DNA of 64,000 nt from Eledone cirrhosa (Eukaryota), in assembly GCA_964016885.1 (NCBI GenBank), contig OZ024766.1:3224001-3288000 (forward strand). Direction: 5' to 3'. Below the pieces are notes generated by a model. The model was given only the letters and a program-made list of their open reading frames with translations, did not search any database and had not been told where the DNA came from. This document shows, in pieces, positions 59,732 through 64,000 of this stretch. Position numbers and translations under genes: made by a program. Position 1 is the stretch's first letter. The number at the start of each line of letters is the position of its first letter.

Positions 59732-62207
59732 TTAATGGTAGTAGTGGTGTCTGTAGTAGTGGTAGTAGTAGTGGTGGTAGTAGTACAAATGAAGACAAGA
59801 CAAACGTCAACAACAACAACGACAACAACAATGTCGCCAACGACGATAATGATGATGATGATGATGATGGTGGTGGCGTTGTTGTTGTTGTTAATAGCAC
59901 CAACGGTAGTGGGGTGAAGGGCAGGGCCGAGAAGCCTGGGGGTCGCGTGGGGCCCGAGAAGGCTGGGGGTCGCGTGGGGCCCGAGAAGGCTGGGGGTCGC
60001 GTGGGGCCCGAGAAGGCTGGGGGTCGCGTGGGGCCCGAGAAGGCTGGGGGTCGCGTGGGGGCCGAGAAGGCTGGGGGTCGCGTGGGGCCCGAGAAGGCTG
60101 GGGGTCGCACGAAAGCCGAGAAGGCTGGGGGTCGCGTGGGGCCCGAGAAGGCTGGAGGTCGCGTGGGGGCCGAGAAGGCTGGGGGACTCAGGAGGGCCGA
60201 GAAGGCTTTGAGGGTGGGGACTAGCAACAGCAGAGGTGGAGGAGGTGGTGATGAGAGATTGGATGTGGGAAAGAAAAGGGTGGGCTTCAGGTACAACAAC
60301 AACAACAATATAAGGAGAGTCAGTGATTGTTGTTGTTGTAGTAGTAGTAGTAATAGTAGTAGTGGAGGTGGTGGTGGTGGTTGTAAAATCGTTGTAAACG
60401 TTGGGGAGGAGGTGGAGGTGGTAGTTTGTTTTGATGGTAGTATTTGTGGTGGTGATGATGATGATGATCGTGGTGGTGGTGGTGGTGGTGGCGGCTGCTG
60501 CGGTGGTGGTGGTGGTGGTGGTGGTGGTGTCGGCAGTGGCTGGGGCGTTAGCAACGTACGGAAACAGCTGCGCTTGTGGCAGAAGTGGCTCGCTGAGCCG
60601 GTGCGAGGCCACGGGTCGCAGAGACAAGCGCAGGAGCAGCTGTCCTGCTGCCGAGCTCTGGGCACTCGGGGCCGATACTTGGAGCTCTTCCGGTGATTAG
60701 CTGGTGCCTGAAATGGACACGGCAGGGACTTGGTTTGGGATCTGGGGCCTGGGAAACACACTTGGGTCTTCCGAGGGTTGGTTTGTGTATGAAATTTAAT
60801 CAGTAGGGACTTGGTTTGGGATCTGGGGCCTGGGAAGCAGATGTGGATCTTCCGAGGGCTGGTTTGTGTATGAAATCTAATCGGCAGGGACTTGGTTTGA
60901 GATCTGGGGCCAGGGAAGCAGATGTGGATCTTCCAAGGGTTGGTTTGTGTATGAAATCTTGATAGTAAGGACTTGGTTTGAGATCTGCGACCGTGGGGCC
61001 ACAATTGAGTTTTCCGGGAGTTTATAGGTGCCGGTAATCGACACGGAAGGGTTGTCGTTCGAGACAAGATGATGGTCTGGTTAGTGTGGGGTTGTGTGGG
61101 CATTCGCAACCAAGATCTGGTTGGATTCGTGGTGGAGGCAGTCTTGTTGGCATGGGGTTTTCTAGATCGAGACTGAGCCCGGTGGGTGCACTCGAAGCTA
61201 GGTCGATGCTGGTCGGGTTGGGGTCGTAGGAAGCGTGGGTCAACTGCCTGCATTCCACCTAGACATAGACTGACCCTAAACTGATCCAATGGCTGGTAGT
61301 GGGTGTTGTATGGGCTAGGGTTGGGGTGGTGCTGACCAGGAGGACGTTTGTTGTGTTTTTGGTGACTAGGTTGCTGTACTTGTTGGTGGTCAAATTGTTG
61401 GTGTTGGTTGTGTTCTTGGTCAAGGTGTTGGTGGTGGTGATGTTGGTATTGTTGGTGACAGTGGTGGTGTTTGTGTTGGTGTTGGTTGTGTTGTTGGTCA
61501 AGATGTTCTTGGTTTTGGAGGTGTTGTTGTTGTTGGTTGTGTTGTTGGTTGTGTTGTTGGTTGTGTTGTTGGTGGTGTTGTTGGTCAAGATGTTCTTGGT
61601 TTTGGTGGTGGTGTTGTTGTTGGTTGTGTTGTTGGTCAAGATGTTCTTGGTTTTGGTGGTGGTGGTGTTGTTTATGGCACTTTTGGGGATCAGTGTAATG
61701 GTATATTTTGTGATGTTGATGGTGATGATAGGAATGCTGTTGTTGTTGGTGTTGGTGTTGGTGTTGGTGGTGGTGGTGTTGGTGGAAGGGACAGGAATGT
61801 TGTTCTTGTTGGTGGTGGTGGTGTTGTTGGGGAGGACAGGAATGTTCTTGTTGGTGGTGTTGTTTATATTGAGGCAGGGGCAAAAGTCTGGTGGAGGAGC
61901 TGGACGTGAGAAGGCAACGACACGTGGAGCAACACCTCAGCAACGGTAGGTGGCGCTGGCAACAGCGAGGACAATAATAGCAGTAGTAGTAGTAGCAGCA
62001 GCAGCAGTAGTAGTAGAAGTAGTAGTAGAGGCAGTGGGGACGAAGAGAAATTGAAGAAGAAGAAGAAGAAGGCAGAGGTGGAGGCAGAGAGGGAAAAGGA
62101 GGCTGAAGGAGAAGGAGGAGAAGGAGAAGGCAAGGAGGAGAGAGAAGAGGAAGGCAAGAAAGAGAGAAAAGAGGAAGCCGACATCCACTCCGTGTCAGGT
62201 GGGCCAT
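59097..62207 (-). CDS. Uncharacterised ~1036-aa low-complexity ORF (polyQ/H, 28-aa and 10-aa repeats, P/T-rich, hydrophobic runs), out of frame with the PTP
   Basis: 3.1 kb without a stop, including ~1 kb of less repetitive sequence where the other two frames contain stops; internal repeat units are 30 and 84 bp (multiples of 3); no recognisable domain. Confidence 0.45.
59925..60207. repeat. GC-rich 30-bp tandem repeat (~9 copies)
   Basis: ggcccgagaaggctgggggtcgcgtg; PAFSGPTRPP units. Confidence 0.93.
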
Positions 62208-62329
62208 AAGCAACACAGCTCAACAATTAGTGCCTCTTGTTCAGGTGGAACACACTCAAACAAGTTTCTTAACTCTATTTTTTTTTTTAAATATATATAT
62301 ATATATATATATATTTGTATTAATTTATG

Positions 62330-63840
62330 CTGGATTATCTGTCTGTCTGTCTGTCTGTCTTTGCCTTGCTGTCTGGCTATTTGTCTATCTGACTATCTGC
62401 CTGGCTATTTGGCTATCTGCTTCGCTATGTGTCTATCTGATTATCTGCCTGGCTATTTGTCTATCTGGCTATTTGACTATCTGGATGACTATTTGTCTAT
62501 TTGGCTATTTGTCTATCTGGATGACTATTTGTCTATCTGGCTATTTGTCTGTCTATTTGGCTATTTGTCTATCTGGATGACTATTTGTCTATCTGGATGA
62601 CTGTCTATTTGTCTATTTGTCTGATAGGATATCTGTCTATTTGTCTATCTGACTATTTGTCTATCTAATTTGGTCATAAAAAAATGTATTGGAGGTATTG
62701 TTGTGGTTGTTATTGTTGGTGGTGGTGGTGGTGGTGGTGGTGTGGTGGTGTTTGTGGTGGTGGTGTTGTTGTTTGTGGTTATTGTTAGCGTTGGTGGTGG
62801 TTGTTGTTGGTGTTGTTAATGGCGGCAGTGGTGTTGTTAGTGTTGCTGTTGGTGGTGGTGGTGTTTGTGGTTGTTGTTGTTGTTGGTGGTGGTGGCAGTG
62901 TTGTTGTTGTTGTTGTTGTTGAATGCAGAGGACTGTTTGAGGTTAAAAGAATGACGGATGGGTACCTTTGTTAGGGGGGTATCTCAGGTGGGTTGTTCCC
63001 AGGTGGGTGTATACCTTTGTTAGGAGGGTATCATTGATGGGTGAGTACCTCAGGTGAGTGTATTACTTTGTTAGGGGGCTATCGCAGGTGGGTTTATACC
63101 TTTGTTAGGGGGGTATATTTTGTGGGTGAGTACCTTTGTTAGGGGGCTATCGCAGGTGGGTTTATACCTTTGTTAGGGGGGTATATTTTGTGGGCGAGTA
63201 CCTTTGTTAGGGGGCTATCGCAGGTGGGTTTATACCTTTGTTAGGGGGCTATCGCAGGTGGGTTTATACCTTTGTTATGGGGGGGGGGGTATCAATGATG
63301 TGTGAGTACCTCAGGTGGGTATGTACCTTTGTTAGGGGGGTTATATTTGATGGTTGGGTTACCTTTGTAAGGTGGGTGCGTATCTCAGAATGGTGGATAC
63401 CTTTGTTAGGAGGGCATTTTTGGTGGATAGGTACCTTTCTTAGGTGTGTATCTGATGGGTGGGTATCTTGATGGGTGGGTACCTTTGTTAGGAGGGTGGA
63501 TTTCTTTGGTTTATCTCAGTTGTGTACGTCTGGCGGGCTGGATGATTAGGACAAGTTCCTTTGTATAATAATAGTTTGTCTTGTTGAAGAGAGGGCCTTC
63601 TGGTTTATGGTTGGATAATGGTGGGGGGGTACCCCTTTGTATAAAAATGATTTGTTTTTTTGGTGTATGGAAGATCTAAGAGCCCAAATTGCAGAGACCC
63701 CCAAATTGTAGAGAGCCCAAATTGCAGAGACCCCCAAATTGTAGAGAGCCCAAATTGCAGAGACCCCCAAATTGCAGAGACCCCCAAATTGTAGAGAGCC
63801 CAAATTGCAGAGACCCCCAAATTGTAGAGAGCCCAAGTTT
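62330..63840. repeat. Short degenerate minisatellites (tctatctggctatttg; tacctttgttaggggg; cccaaattgcagagacc)
   Basis: Blocks at ~62330-62670, ~62960-63500, ~63680-63840. Confidence 0.85.
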
Positions 63841-64000
63841 AGTGACAGGGTCTGAGAGCGTGTGATTATTCTTAGGCTCTTTGGTTGATAGCTGGAGGGT
63901 TAGGGTTAGGGTTAGGAGAATTGTTAATGATCGTATTTGAAGTCTGGAAGATCACAGTCCAACCCAACAAATGTCAGCAAAGGTCTGGAAAATTTCGAAA

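Noticed and set aside
59164-60696. 510-aa Gly-rich plus-strand ORF
   Set aside because: Antisense shadow of repeat-rich sequence; no independent evidence
63896-63916. TTAGGG telomeric repeats
   Set aside because: Only about three units, interstitial

Overview
Eukaryotic animal genomic DNA, most likely an octopod cephalopod. This is inferred from the extreme (TA)n/(CA)n microsatellite load and from tRNA-derived SINEs and RTE LINEs resembling octopus repeat families; the species cannot be proven from sequence alone. One large minus-strand gene spans about 13.0-59.1 kb. I reconstructed it by hand as 17 coding exons with canonical GT-AG junctions and consistent phases. It encodes a tandem-domain (D1-D2) protein tyrosine phosphatase of the receptor-type PTP family, followed by a 1132-aa homopolymer-rich terminal exon. 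D1 keeps CX5R but has lost the KNRY, WPD and Q-loop motifs, and D2 has Cys->Ser, so the protein is probably a double pseudophosphatase. The gene also has a 15-nt microexon candidate and a 3.1-kb out-of-frame ORF whose stop overlaps the likely start codon. Introns and the downstream region are filled with SINEs, RTE/CR1/RLE LINE remnants, a Penelope-like GIY-YIG remnant, piggyBac-type MITEs, a Helitron-like element and TE-derived minisatellites. The most notable non-coding signal is about 10 type I hammerhead-ribozyme motifs with self-complementary stem III. Four belong to one ~200-250 bp element family with compensatory stem II changes and a conserved C-C mismatch. All intronic motifs are antisense to the gene except one, which is locked inside a 420-bp palindrome. 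Most ORFs in the supplied track (YI/VC/HT repeats) are microsatellite artefacts.
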